A stretch of DNA of 64,000 bases, from the NCBI GenBank assembly GCA_977017645.1, contig OZ360242.1, positions 19,964,001 to 20,028,000 on the forward strand, given 5' to 3'. Shown here piece by piece: positions 38,988-51,864 of the stretch. Position numbers and translations under genes: made by a program. Position 1 is the first letter of the stretch; the number at the start of each line of letters is the position of its first letter. Under the pieces are notes generated by a model. It made no database searches and had not been told where the DNA came from. It saw only the letters and a program-made list of their open reading frames with translations. Source of the stretch: Torpedo marmorata. Lineage: Eukaryota.

Positions 38988-41900
38988 GTCGTTCGTCCAT
39001 CGTTGTTGATGAAGACCTCGACACCATTAGTCACTTTAAGATTGGATGCGGTGTGTCCAAAGATGACTGGTCAAGCCAATTCGGGCACGGAATGTCCTGG
39101 CACTTGTTGGGCAGACGTGTGTAGGCACTGCAGTTGTTGCGCTGATGTCTCTGGACTTGCGCAGCTCGCGCTTATGATGTGCTTCAGCAGTGCGCCTTGC
39201 TTCGTAAACTTGACAGCTCATGTGGATAAGGCCGCGCCAGGTAGGGCGGTTTTGTGCCAGCGACTTCAGGGAGACCTTTAGTGTGGCTTTGTAACATTTC
39301 TTCTGCCCTCCACGTGAGCGTCTACCAGCAGAGAATTCCCCAAAAAGGAGCTGCTTGGGTATGCGCTCATCCGGCATACGGATGACGTGACCTGCCCACC
39401 GGGTCTGTGCTCTCATCAGCAGTGTGTGGACTGATGGTAGACTTTCTCTAGAGAGAACTTCAGTGTCTGGTACTTTGTCTTGCCATCTGATGCCTAATAT
39501 TCTGCAAAGACAAGTCATGTGAAAATGGTTGAGCTGTCTTGCATGCCTTCGATACACAGTCCACGTTTCACAGGCATACAGAAGGGTAGTGAGTACCACG
39601 GCTCTGTAGACCTTCAGTTTTGTTGCTGGACTGATTCCTCGACATTCCCACACAGTGGAACGCAGCCGTCCGAAAGCAGAACTTGCCTTTGCTATTCTGC
39701 AGTTAACTTCTGTATCAATAGTCAATGCTCGGGAGAGGGTGCTGCCAAGGTAAGTGAACTTGTCCACTGCCTGTAGTTTCTGCCCTTTGATTGTGATTTT
39801 GGGTTCTGTGTACGGAGCATGAGGAGCAGGCTGGTACATGACTTCAGTCTTTTTAATGTTGATGGTGAGTCCAAAGTTGACACAAGTCGTGGAGAATTTG
39901 TCCATACTGACTTGCATCTCTGGCTCTGAGCCAGCATACAGGGCGCAGTCATCGGCAAAGAGGAAGTTTCTCAGAACAGTCTCCTTCACTTTGGTAATAG
40001 CTTGAAGTTTCCCATCCACTCTGTACTTGAGGCTGATTCCAGCATCACTGTCCTGGAAGGCATCATTCAGCATGGCAGTAAACGTCATGCTGAACAGTGT
40101 GGGTGCAAGAACACAGCCCTGCTTGACGCCGTTGGTGACTGGGAATGCCTTAGAGGATTCTCCACTGTCCAGCACTCTGGCCATCATGCCATCATGGAAC
40201 TGGCATACCATCTGAATGAATTTGGCAGGGTAGCCAAACTTTGACATGATCCTCCACAGGCCTTGTCAGCTGAGGTCAACAAAGGTTTGTAGAGTTCGCG
40301 ATTCTGCTCCTGACACTTCTCCTGAAGTTGGCGCACAGCAAAAATCATGTCCATAGTCCCACGACCTTTGCGGAAGTCACACTGTGACTCTAGCAGCAGG
40401 CCCAGCTCCAGATGAGTGACCAGACGATTTAGCAGGACTCTTGCAAGGGTTTTTCCTGCGATGGAAAGCAGCGAGATACCTCGGTGATTGTCACATACTT
40501 GTCGATTGCCCTTCCTCTTGTAGAGGTGTACGATGGATGCACCTTTAAGTTCCTGAGGAATGGATCCTTGCGTCCAAAAAGACTGGAACAACTTAGTGAG
40601 CTTCTCTATAAGTACCAGACCACCGGCTTTGTAGATCTCTGCAGGTATGGCGTCTTCCCCTGGGAATTTGCCACTGGATAGCTGGCTGACAGCTTTCGTG
40701 ACTTCGGCTACTACCGGTGGGTCATCCATGGCGCTGTTGATGTCCACCTGGGGAATCCTGTTTATCGCCTCATCGTTGATAGATGACGGTCGGTTGAGGA
40801 CGGCTTCAAAGTGTTCAGCCCATCAATGCAGGATCTGAGCCTTCTCTGTAATGAGAGTTGTACCATCTGTACTCAGGAGGGGGGAACTCCCGAGAGACTG
40901 AGGTCCGTAGAGAGTGTTGAGGGCTTCGTAGAACCGTTTCAAGTCGTTTCTGTCAGCATATCCCAGTATTTCATCTGTCTTGGCGCTCAGCCAGGCATCT
41001 TGCATTTTACGCAGTTTATTCTGGACTGTCCTGCGAACACTGGTGAAGGCATTTTTCTAGGCAGCTGATGATGATGGTCACTATCTCGGAGGATCTTTCC
41101 TGGACCCAACACACGAATGGCATCGTGAAGAAAGCACGTCAGCGTCTCTACTTCCTCAGGAGCTTGCAGAGGTTTGGTATGACACCAAAAACCCTGGCAA
41201 ATTTCTACAGATGTGTGGTGGAAAGTGTGCTGACCGGCTGCATCATGGTCTGGTATGGGAACACCAATACCCCTGAGCGTAAAGCCCTCCAAAAGGTAGT
41301 GGACACAGCCCAGGACATCACAGGCAAACCCCTCCCCACTATTGAGCACATCTACAGGGAACACTGCCGTCAGAGGGCAGCAGCAATCATCAAAGACCCA
41401 CACCACCCAGCACACGCTCTGTTCTTGCTGCTGCTATCAGGAAAGAGGTATAGGTGCCACAAGACTCACACCACCAGGTTTAGGAACAGCTGCTACCCCT
41501 CTACCATCAGAATCCTCAATGACAAAGTCAAATCAGAGACTCATTTAAGGACTCTTACTCGTGCACTTTATTGATTTTTCTTTGCTCTCTCTGTATTGCA
41601 CAGTCAGTTTCATTTTCAGTTTCATTCATTACCTGTTAGCAGTTATTTTGATTGTTTACATGTTTACGCTGTGTACAGTTTACTTTTTGCACTACCAATT
41701 AGTGGTAATTCTGCCGCGCCCAAAGGAAAAAAGAATCTCAGGGTTGTATGTGACGTCATGTATCTACTCTGACAATAAATCTGAAATCTGATCTGAAATC
41801 TGATGGGCACAATGAAGGCGGTGCTTTTCAACAAGTAGAGCCTGTATCTCCTCATCATTCTCATCGAACCAGTTATGCTGCTTGCGGGTAGAGGGCCCTA

Positions 41901-43505
41901 GCATCTTCAGTGCAGATGAATGGACAGCATCCCTGAAGCATTCCCAGTCGTCTTCAGTGCTGCCTGCAAGGTGTAGGTCAGCAAGTTTGGTTTCAAAGTC
42001 TTCAGCCAGTGCTGAAGCTATGCTGGGGTTCTTCACCCTGGCCACATTGATTCTTTTCATGGCCTTGCTTCCTTGTGGTCGCCTCTTGAGTCTGATGCGG
42101 AGCTTATTTTGGAGACAATGAGCCTGTGATCTGTCCAACAGTCAGCACCACACATGGCCTTGGTCACTCTGACATCCTGCCTGTCTTTTCTCCTGACAAT
42201 GACATAGTCAATAAGATGCCAATGCTTAGAGTGGGGATGCATCCAGGAGGTCTTGTTGCAGGTAGGCAGGCGGAAATTTGTGTTGGTGATGAAGAAGTCT
42301 TGTGCTGCACAGGTCTTTAGTAAGAGTAGGCTGTTACTGTTACACTTGCCCACTCCATGTCTCCCAATGACTCCCTGCCTGGCTGCAGAGTCACACCCTA
42401 CTCTTGCATTGAAGTCGCCGAGCAAGATCAGCTTGCTCACTGCTGATAGCAGGGTGTCCAGTTCTTCATAAAACCTGTCTTTCGTCTCGTCCAGGTTGGT
42501 CATTGTGGGGGTATAGGCACTGATCAGGGTGGCTTGACTTCTGTTCTGTAGCGGAAGCTGTAGTGTCATAAGCCGGTCGTTCACACCCTTGGGTAGACTG
42601 GCAAGTTTCCAAACAAGGTGACTCCTGATGGCAAATCCAACTCCAGCATCACGACACTCATCGCTGCCGCGACCGCTCCAGAAAAAAGTGTATCTACCTC
42701 CAGTTTCAGTCAGCTGACCTTCGTTGGCAAGACGAGTCTCACTCAGGGCTGCAATGTCAATGTTGTAGCTCTCTGGCAACTAAGGCTGATCTTCTCTCTG
42801 GTCTGTCTGCTGTAGGTTTGTCCAAAAGTGTGCGCACGTTCCAAGTTCCAAAGGTGAGCAGTGTCACCTTGCGTTTTGTTGTGTTTGTTTGACCGCTAAG
42901 ATGGGATCCCCGCCAGCCGCGGTAAACTGGCCAGTGTGTAGTGAAGCAGGCAATGTTTTGGGCACCTTTTCTAGCCCCTTCCTTATGCTACGGAGGTGAA
43001 CAGTGCGTTCCTAAAGACGGCTTCTCAGTCGCCCAGGTAGACACCGAGTTTCACTGCTGCTTCGATCAGCGAGAAACGACCATTAGACCTGAGCCACCTG
43101 TATGCAGGTCCATGACTGCAGCTCCCAGTGTATCCACACCTGCTGCTTCGTTGCTCGCCCATCGCCACAGGACTTCAAAGGTTGAACAAGAGGGTGATGA
43201 TGGTATTGAGACTAGTGCTTGATTTGGATTAAAGTGAGGGAGAGCTGCGCAGCATCATCCTCACTCTTTCTTCCAAATTCCCATCTGGATCCAGTGGCAG
43301 GACAAAAGTCGAGACGGCTGGAGATGGGATGAGGCGCAGTGGATGACCAGGACGTCTTCTGTGTCTTGTCGTGCTCTTCGCGTTCCAGGACGCTTGCAGA
43401 GACCGCCTTCTTGACCGTTGGACCTTCCATTGGTCTCGTCCGCTCAGTCTGCCAGAGTCTGTCTTCATATGTTGGGATCGACAACTCCCTGTCCCACCGA
43501 GGGCT
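38988..43505 (-). mobile_element. RTE-clade (BovB/RTE-1-like) LINE, near full length, frameshifted, interrupted by Rex1
   Basis: APE motifs (TWNVRTL, IDIAALSETRL, LGDFNARVG, HLIDYVIV, WTDH), RT motifs (GVKQGCVLAPTLF, FADD, FTYLGS) and a C-terminal zinc-finger remnant (HVCPTSARTFRARIGLTSHLWTH). 3' end reads ...GATGGACGAACGAC. The ORF is split across several frames. Confidence 0.95.
41077..41802 (+). mobile_element. Rex1/Babar-clade LINE, 5'-truncated, nested in the RTE
   Basis: ISEDLSWTQHT...RQRLYFLRSLQRFGM...FYRCVVESVLTGCIMVWYG...RFRNS; 3' UTR ends TGACAATAAA(AAATCTG)n. Confidence 0.9.
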
Positions 43506-43764
43506 CACTCAGTGTGTGTGTGGCAGCCGCGTGGTAGGCCTGCGCACTTGCAACCCGCCTCGGGCCCAGAGCCACAAGACGCACCGGCCCAGCCTGCGCA
43601 CCACCTGCACCACTGGCACCCGCACCACCGGCACCCTCACCCGGCGCCAGCGGCCGGTGGCCCGGCAGGAGGCAAGTCCAGCCTGGGGGGCAATGGCACT
43701 GGGGTAGGTGGCGGGGGGGGGGGGGGCGGCCGGAGCCAGGACGACCTCTGCTGGCAGCCCCGGG

Positions 43765-43902
43765 GCCTCATGGGCAAGTATGCCAAGGTAGGCGACAGCC
43801 TGGCCGAGATGTGCAAGCTGGTGGTGGCGTCGGTCGAGTCGTCGGCTCACGCCGCTTACCTGGCGGTTGCCGAGGTGCCCGGCTCGCAGGCGGCCGTCAA
43901 GT
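43765..43902 (+). pseudogene. TLNRD1: Fragment of talin rod domain-containing protein 1 (MESDC1)-like coding sequence
   Basis: Translation [43 protein letters not shown] aligns by recall to human TLNRD1 [42 protein letters not shown]. The N- and C-termini are absent and similarity stops abruptly at about 43902. Confidence 0.75.
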
Positions 43903-46900
43903 GTCCACCCACTGCATTGTTGGAATATAATTCAGCTTTTAGAATGTGACTTGCAGTCACTGTAGACATTCCATTTAAATTTCCCTGATGGCTGACTAAA
44001 TAGACTCAGATGTGAAACAGATTCAGTTTACAGAAGTCCTGCTATAAATCCCACCACCATTTCCTCAGCTAACTGACACAATACTTTTATACCATAAAGC
44101 AAACTAGAACTGGAGGAGGAGACATTTTTTCTTCATTCTGAGATTGATGATCCTTTGGAATTCTCTACCTCTGAGGACTCTGGAAGCTCAGTTAATGTCT
44201 GCACTGAGAACTGAGATTGATAGGTTTTTGCACATTAAGGGGTTCAAGTGAGTGAGGATAATGAAGGTAAATGGTGCTGAGTTAGAATCTTGGCCATGAA
44301 TCCAAGGATTGGACCAAAGGGCCTTCTACTGCTCCCATTTCTTATGTTATTATGATAATGAGGTAGTAATCTTAATTAAACCACATGCTAAATCAGTGGA
44401 GGTGCGTTGATGGAGATGTGTTAATGGGTCAACCACAGAAATAGAGGAGAGATGAATTAGTTGATCTTGCTGGTGATGCAGGGTCCAACATATTATTCCA
44501 AGGTTGAAGAAAACTAGCCAAGATTTCCGAATCAAATGTGATTCCAGTTGTGTTTGTGCGCATATTAAGCGAAGGGAGGATCAGTTTGACAGTGAACTCA
44601 CTACCTGGGCTCACACACATGGAATAATACCAGGGGATGTCCAGCACCTGGGACAAGCAAGTAGAAATCATCTCCTTAGGTGGTGAATCAAAACTGAGGT
44701 TATTGCCGGTGAAATGAGCTGTGTAAGATATATAATTACATATCAACTCTTCTAGTAGCACAATGTAACCAAATGAACAAATCAGATGATAATTTTGTAG
44801 AAGCATTGTCATTAAGTACTGCTCATATTATATGAACTTTGTATGATGGCAGTCAAGCAATATCACTATCCTGTCTTTTTGTTCTGTGGCTGTCAAGCTT
44901 CACTAGGCCAAATACGGCTCCTGCTATGTTTGGCGGCCCTGATTTAGTGTGACAAGTGAAGAAAAGATACTTGCTTTCCCCACGATTACCCTGCCATAAG
45001 TAACTCTGTTTCTTGTGCTGACGACTAGAATACCCTGCTGTGGCAACCCTGAACTTTGATCTTTTTGTCTGACTTGTAGAAAATCCTAATCATTCAACCT
45101 CACCTCTTTTTAATCCTCACCTTTATGTATACAAATCAACAAAATCTTCACAGTGAATGCGGCAACTTTAAACACATAAAAGTTACACTGAAGCAATTAT
45201 TAACAGTTATACTGAAACATCTAGTACTCATCAGTTTAATTCCATAGTAGGTTACAAAATATATAATTTCATGACCATAATGTATCTTATAACATGGAAC
45301 TAAATGTCCTTGATTTAATCCCAAATTTGGGTTAAGTCTGTACTGAACTAAACCATTGACATTTCCTGGAAAATTAGTTGGATCTTCATATTTTATCAAC
45401 CGGTCCCTTAAAAGGTGACTAGCTTATACTGAAAAGAACACAAAAAATCATTTTGGCAAAGTACCAAATGTAAACATATTAAAGTATTGCATTCAAGTAA
45501 TGCCTTTGATGACAAACTCCCAAAGCAAATTCAAGCCAACAAACATACCCTTGGATTGCAGTCACTGCTGTAACATAAAGCAATGTTGCAGCTAATTCAG
45601 TACATAAAATGGGCCACGATAATGATTCTCTGTCAGTGATGCCCTTTGCGAATGGATATTGGTTTGGAAATATGGTGCCTTCAATCACTCTTCATTGACA
45701 TCTCCCATTTAAACCCACCTGAGAGGGCATGGTTTAACACCTTTTTCAAAAGATCACAACTTTGACAGAACGGCAATCCACCAGTATTCCACTGAAGTAT
45801 CAACCTAGACTTTTTTCTCAATTATCTGGAAGAGACAACTTTCTAACAGATCCATTATCCATTGTAGCTTGGGTCATTAGGTAGTGAATCGTTGGAATTC
45901 TCTGCTGAAGAGATCTATTGAGGGTCTGTTGCAGAATATATTCAAGGCAGAGACTGAGATTTTTAGATATTATGGAAATCAAGGGATACAGAGTGATTGC
46001 AGGAAAGTAGTTCTGAGATAAAAGATTAGGAATTACCTTATAGAAAGGCAGAGCAGACTAAGTGGTCCACCTCTGCTTCTATTTCTTATGTTATAAGGAA
46101 GGGGTAGAGGATTAAGATTAACTGGATTTCTCTGATATAAATCCAGTACAGACTCAATGGGATGAATAACCTCTTTCCGCATTGTAACCATTTTGTGACT
46201 GTAAAATATTAGAACTGTTAGGATAAGTAACATCCAGACAGAACATATTCCGAGTGTGAAACAGTTTGCCCCGGTTTTGCCAGACAACAATATTGATCAA
46301 TCACTTTGGACAGCAGTAAAAGTGGGCAGAGGTATATTCATTGAAAGATTTAATGCAATACTTGGCCAGATGTTCTCATTGATAGGTGTTAGTATGTAGA
46401 GAACCACTGACTAGGTACAGTGTGGAAGTCTGGAGAATATTGAAGGTCATTGGTCGGCAAATGTGATCTGTCACTCTGTCCCTGGAGCACTGAGGTTTGG
46501 AGGATTCCATGAGGGCTTGAGCCAGGGGGCTCAATACAGCTTGTATCTGGCCCCTCATCTTAATGCTGGTCAGAGCTGACACATCCAGCACAGCTCCAGT
46601 CATCTTAGTAAGTGGCAGACTTTCATTAAAAACATAATGGTACAATTTTAATACTTTATTTTAATTAATATAATATTTTAGTTAATTTACAGTTTGTTGT
46701 TTTTAAGTAAATTAATTATTTTTTTAAAAAAATATGAATAGTCTTAATATTCTTCACATGTGTTTGTTTCCACTGTCTTCAAATCTCTGGCAATGAAAAG
46801 GCTGCTCAATAATGCAAGTTGTCTCATGACCATTGGGGCAATTTAGGGGTGGGGTCTTAGTTTGCACCACATGAGGCCAACTTGTTGCTCACAACCTGCT

Positions 46901-47649
46901 CTGCCTCCTGGCATTACTGCATCAATAAAGCCTCGAGCTTGCTGGGAGTTGTGTAACTGTGAAAGGTTGGTGTGTCAGCCGGGACTTTGCTGGTGGCGTG
47001 ACCCCAGAGAAGCAGGCCAAGCCCAGCATGATCTGGTCCAGTGGCACAGAATGAGCAGCTAATGAGAAGCAAACATGAAGGGAGGAGGAAGGCATTTATG
47101 AGGTCATACCTATATATCTGGCAGGAATTCCTGAGACAGTTTGGGGCTGAGTGATTTGGAAGCAACGCTGAGCATTTTGGTGCTTTTTGCTTATACAGTT
47201 CCCATCATTTACAACAGACATGCTGTTAATAATGCGATTTGCCCACTGTAAAGTGATGGATAGTCAAGCCTGTCTTCTTCTGCTTTGATCCCTGTGGTCT
47301 CTCCTGGTTGTTGGTATTTGGACAGGAGCCAGAAGAAGCTTCCGATCAGTTCCTGTTCTGACCCGGTGAATTGCCAATTGCCATGACGTGCTTATCATTT
47401 AAAAGGGAACCGTCCAGAGAGAGACACAATAGCTCTGACATTGCCTTGAATCTGATTTGGGGCTGAGAACTGAATACATACAGGCCCCTAGGTAAATAAG
47501 ATTTAGTTAATAAGATGCAGTTTAGATAGTTGGGGGTCAGGTCCCAGACTGCTGTGACACCCTGTAAGTACCTGTGAATATTGCCATCCACATCCAAGCA
47601 GTATTAAACTGTACAGCTGCAAACTATGGTCCCATTTCTCTACAGCAAC

Positions 47650-47935
47650 AGTACCACACTGTGATGCAGCCAGTCAGGATACTCTCGATAGAGCTCCTGT
47701 AGAAGGTTGACATGATGGTGGCCGGTAGCCTTGCCCGCTACAGTCTTCTCAGGAAGCGCAGTCGCTGTTGCACCTTCCTAACAAGTGAGGAGATGTTGAG
47801 TGTCCACGTTAGGTCACTAGTTAAGTGAACTCCAAGGAACTCGGTGCTCTCCACTCTCTCTACTACAGAGTTGTTGATGTGTAATGGAGAGTGGTTGTTC
47901 CTGGTCCTCCTGAAGTCCACGATCACCTCCTTCAT
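47650..47935 (-). mobile_element. Rex1-clade LINE internal fragment
   Basis: KEVIVDFRR...VERVESTEFLGVHLTSDLTW...KVQQRLRFLRRL. Confidence 0.8.
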
Positions 47936-50067
47936 ATACAGCCATCCACCATCTCCTATGGGCCATTGAAAAGACCAAGAGCATCCTCTGCAGCAGGAAC
48001 AAGTGTGCACTCTCACCCTCTCTGGAGCTGGCCCACCCACTATCCTCACCCCTGGCTTTGCATTTAACCCAGCGTCTTACCATTTGCGGCTCCCTCTTCG
48101 ATGTCGACCTTGAAGTTACTTGCAGTGTCAGGATCAGAGTTGGTGGATGTGGGTAAAATTACTGTCTCTTTCCCAACATAGACTTCCATGACTGCCAGGA
48201 TGCAGGGTGTAGAAAGGCACAAAGGTACGAATGTAATGAAGGCAGGTTAGGTGTTGGGTTGACACTGAGTTGTTCATGCTTATGCTATCTCCAGCTTGGA
48301 AACCAAAGGAGAGTAGAAGAATGGAGAAGTGGGATGCAGTTAGCTGCCAGCTTCTTGCAGCCTGCTCACCCTCACAACAGCTGCATGAGCCCACAATTGT
48401 TGATTAAGACCAGGGGACTAGCATTGTAAATAGCTAGCTCCACTTAAAGTATAAATTCAGCTTTTGAGTTTAGGTTTATTGTGGCTGCAGGAGATGGAAG
48501 TTGTGCATAACTCATTCTAATATGGAAAATCATAGCATCAAACAAGAAAAAGTAACTTGCATTTCTGGAATTATAGTGTCAAAGACATCTATAGCTCAGA
48601 GGCCATATGATTCCAGTGGAAGCCAACAATTGCTATGATGTTGTATTCTGTTAGAGAATGTCGCCATTTACCTATATATTTCCCTCTGTAATTGTCAGTT
48701 ACTGGGTTTTCTGCACAAATGTGAAAGTTTTAGGGTTGAGGTCAGCAGTTTTTCTGAATGCATTCTGTTCTGGAATCCTCATGGAGTTCAGAGGTAGAAT
48801 GTAGAATTGCAATAGTTCACCATTAGGTATGGTGGGGAATCTATACAAACATCCTAACCCAGGTTGGACTGGGCACGAGGACTGATTGTCCATTGATTTC
48901 AATGGTGGGAACAGACATATGGGACTAAAATGTATCTTAATCAATTTAGACATGTTTGAGCATTTGTGTGTGTGTGCGTGTAAAGGATTTTAAGAGTTTT
49001 TAAACTTTAAGTATTTTGAATTTTAGATTTATTTAATTTTCATGGTTTTAATAGTTTTACTTGATTTGAATAGGTTGTGTATGTTTCTGAGTGCTTTTGA
49101 ATTCCAGAAACATTCAGTTCTTTTGACAGCTGACTGAATGGCTGCTGTAGCTGGTCAAATGTATTATCCTTAGCTATTCTATGGTCAATGTTTGTTCTCC
49201 CATCAGCCTTCTAAACAGCTCCTTCCCCAACCACACTCCCCTCCCCCAACTAAATGGGATCTGATTATGTCACAGATGTCTTGACTATGTCTATGACAAG
49301 GGACATTGAGGGATCCTCTTATGGAAATGCCCACTAGATAAATTGAAAGATTTTTCAGAAGCCAGCAATAATGGTTTGCCATTGATTTTAAATTCTGCTC
49401 AACATCTTCAGAAGATGAGGAAAACAAAATATCTTTCTTTTTATAAAACATGCTGCATGAAAGGAATATAAGCAAATACAGCATTCCTGCACAGTCTTAG
49501 TACTTAAGGTCGGTTTTCTGGAGAACAGCTATTCTGAATAATTTACAGTGAATTCAAACTATGAGTTTCTTTCCAATACACCATCTAACTGAACCATGAC
49601 AAAGATATTGCACTTTCAATGTGCAATATAGTTGATTTAATCTAGAAGGCATATGATGTATAAACAGTCCAGTGGAACAAAATAAGACCAATCATGACAA
49701 CAGTGCCTTCATGCCCAGTGGTAAAGAAATCTTCCAGACAAACAATCTCACGTGTTCTCCTCCCTTCCCACCAAGCAGAGTGCAAAGCTCTCGTTCCAGA
49801 TGAAGCAGCAAGTTACACATATTTTCCAATTTAGTTTACTGCATTCTCTGTTCAGTGTTTGTTCCTCCCGAATGGGGAGGCCAAAGACAGATTGGGAAAA
49901 CCACTCAGTTTGCAATCATGACTTCAAATTTCTGGTTGCCTGACACTTTAGTTTGTCAATCTGCTCCCACTCAGACTTCTCTGTCTTTGATGTCCCACAC
50001 TGTTCCAGTCAAGGCCAAGTGAACGCTGCCTCAACTTTTGAGTAGCCAGGCCTTCTTCACATTGCAT

Positions 50068-50250
50068 TAAGAACATAAGAATATAAGAAATAGGAGCAGG
50101 AGTAGGCCATCCGGCCCGTCGAGACTGCTCCGCCATTCAATGATCTGATGATAGGCTCATCTCCATCTACCTGTCTTTTCCCCATATCCCTTAATACCCC
50201 TACTATGTAAAAATCTATCCAAACTTGTCTTAACTATATTTACTGAGGTT
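50068..50250 (-). mobile_element. CR1 3' UTR and tail
   Basis: AAGAACATAAGAATATAAGAAATAGGAGCAGGAGTAGGCC. Confidence 0.7.
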
Positions 50251-50379
50251 CAACAATTAAGTTCAACAATTTTGGAAGGCAAGCATTTCTGGCAATTTTT
50301 GCTTGTTATTCTATATTTCCAAAATCCAAATTGTTTCACTTTTCTAATTACAGGCCATGAATTTGTTTTTCATTTACAC

Positions 50380-51585
50380 CTGTCCACATTGATGGTATGG
50401 AGGTGGAGGGTGTTATAACCCTCAAGTTCCTGGAGGTCCATATTTCAGAAGACCTCTCCTGGAGCCAGCACATCATGGCAATCATGAAGAAGGAGCACCA
50501 ATGTCTCTACTTTCTAAGGAGTCTGAGGAGATTTGGCATGCTCTTGAATATTCCATCAAACTTCTACCAGTCCACTATGGAACGTACACTGGCAGGTTGC
50601 AGCACAGCCATGTTTGTGGATTTGACTGCCCAGAAACACAGAATACTCCAGAAGGAAACAAATACAGCCAGATCCATTACAGGCTCTGACCTGGTCCTCC
50701 ATCACCCTAGTCACAAGCTCTTCTCACTGCTACCTTCACCTCTAGGTTTCCAACAGCTATCAGGCTTCTGAACTCCCTTTATTACACTAATCAGTAAAAA
50801 ACACAAATGCTGGAGAAACTCAGCAGGTCAAATAGTGTATTTTATGTAGCAAAGGTAGAAATACATAACCGACGTTTCGGGCTTGAGCCATTCATCAAAG
50901 TATGAGAAAATGCCGGCAGGCGTCCGAACAAAAGAGTGAGGGGGGAAGGGGGATGGCAAAGGCAGGAGATGATAGGTGGAGAAAGGAGGGAGGGGACAGC
51001 AGCAAAGAGGGGGAGGAGGGATGGCTAGGTAGCTGGAGAAAAACAGGAAGGACAGGTGAGGGGGGAGGGGAAGGGAACGACAAGCAGGTTTAGTGGAAAG
51101 CAGAAAAGTCAATGTTAATGCCATCTGGCTGGAGAGTGCCGAGACGGAATATGAGATGTTGTTCCTCCAATTTGCGGGTAGTCTGGGTGGGATAGTACAT
51201 GAGGCCATGGACAGACATGTGAGTGATTGCGGGTAGTCTGGGTGGGATGTATTTCTACCTTTGCTACATAAAAGACACTGTTTGACCTGCTGAGTTTCTC
51301 CAGCATTTGTGTTTTTTACTTCAACCACGGTGTCCACAGATTTTCGTGTTTTACTTCATTACACTATGCTATTGCCAAGCTACCTTTTTGCACTGTGAAT
51401 ATTTATCATCTATTTTTTTGTGTTTATTGACACTTTTAAATTCAATTAAGTATACCATTGTAGCTGCATTTTTTAGTTGTTTTTCTGTTTTTTTTCACAA
51501 AGTGTTTAGCAGCAGCAAGCAAGAACTTTAAGGCATGTGTGTATGATGTACAATGTATATGACAATAAACTCATTATCATTATCA
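50380..51585 (+). mobile_element. Diverged Rex1-clade LINE 3' fragment interrupted by Penelope
   Basis: KFLEVHISEDLSWSQH...LYFLRSLRRFGM. The 3' UTR resumes after 51357 and ends TGACAATAAACTCATTATCATTATCAT. Confidence 0.7.
50790..51357 (-). mobile_element. Penelope-like element fragment with inverted terminal segment
   Basis: Nearly identical to 32183-32600, plus an inverted copy of the terminal repeat (about 51248-51350). TSD ATTACACTA at 50781-50789 and 51358-51366. Confidence 0.85.
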
Positions 51586-51864
51586 TGCAGATTATCTGAC
51601 AAACCAACCTGTTTCTCTCCCTGACCATTGGCAACCTCTTTACATTATCTTCCCTTTTGTCATTAATCTCTCCTACATTCCAACATGAAAGTATCTTTTG
51701 TTACTTCATTCACATCTTTCTTTCTTTCAATTTGAAGATGAAAAGACATTCATCTGAAACTATGTTTCTCTCTCCACGGATGCTGCCTGACCTGCTGAGG
51801 ATCTCTGGTATTTTCTGTTTTTATATTAATCTCAACTAATTCAACTAACATTTACTGTAGCATC

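Noticed and set aside
42900-43505. HDV-like ribozyme in the RTE 5' UTR
   Set aside because: Known in some RTE elements, but I could not build the nested double pseudoknot by eye. It needs an RNArobo or Infernal search.
46270-46645. Possible coding remnant (ORF 46376..46645)
   Set aside because: No recognisable domain or splice support; probably an old repeat.
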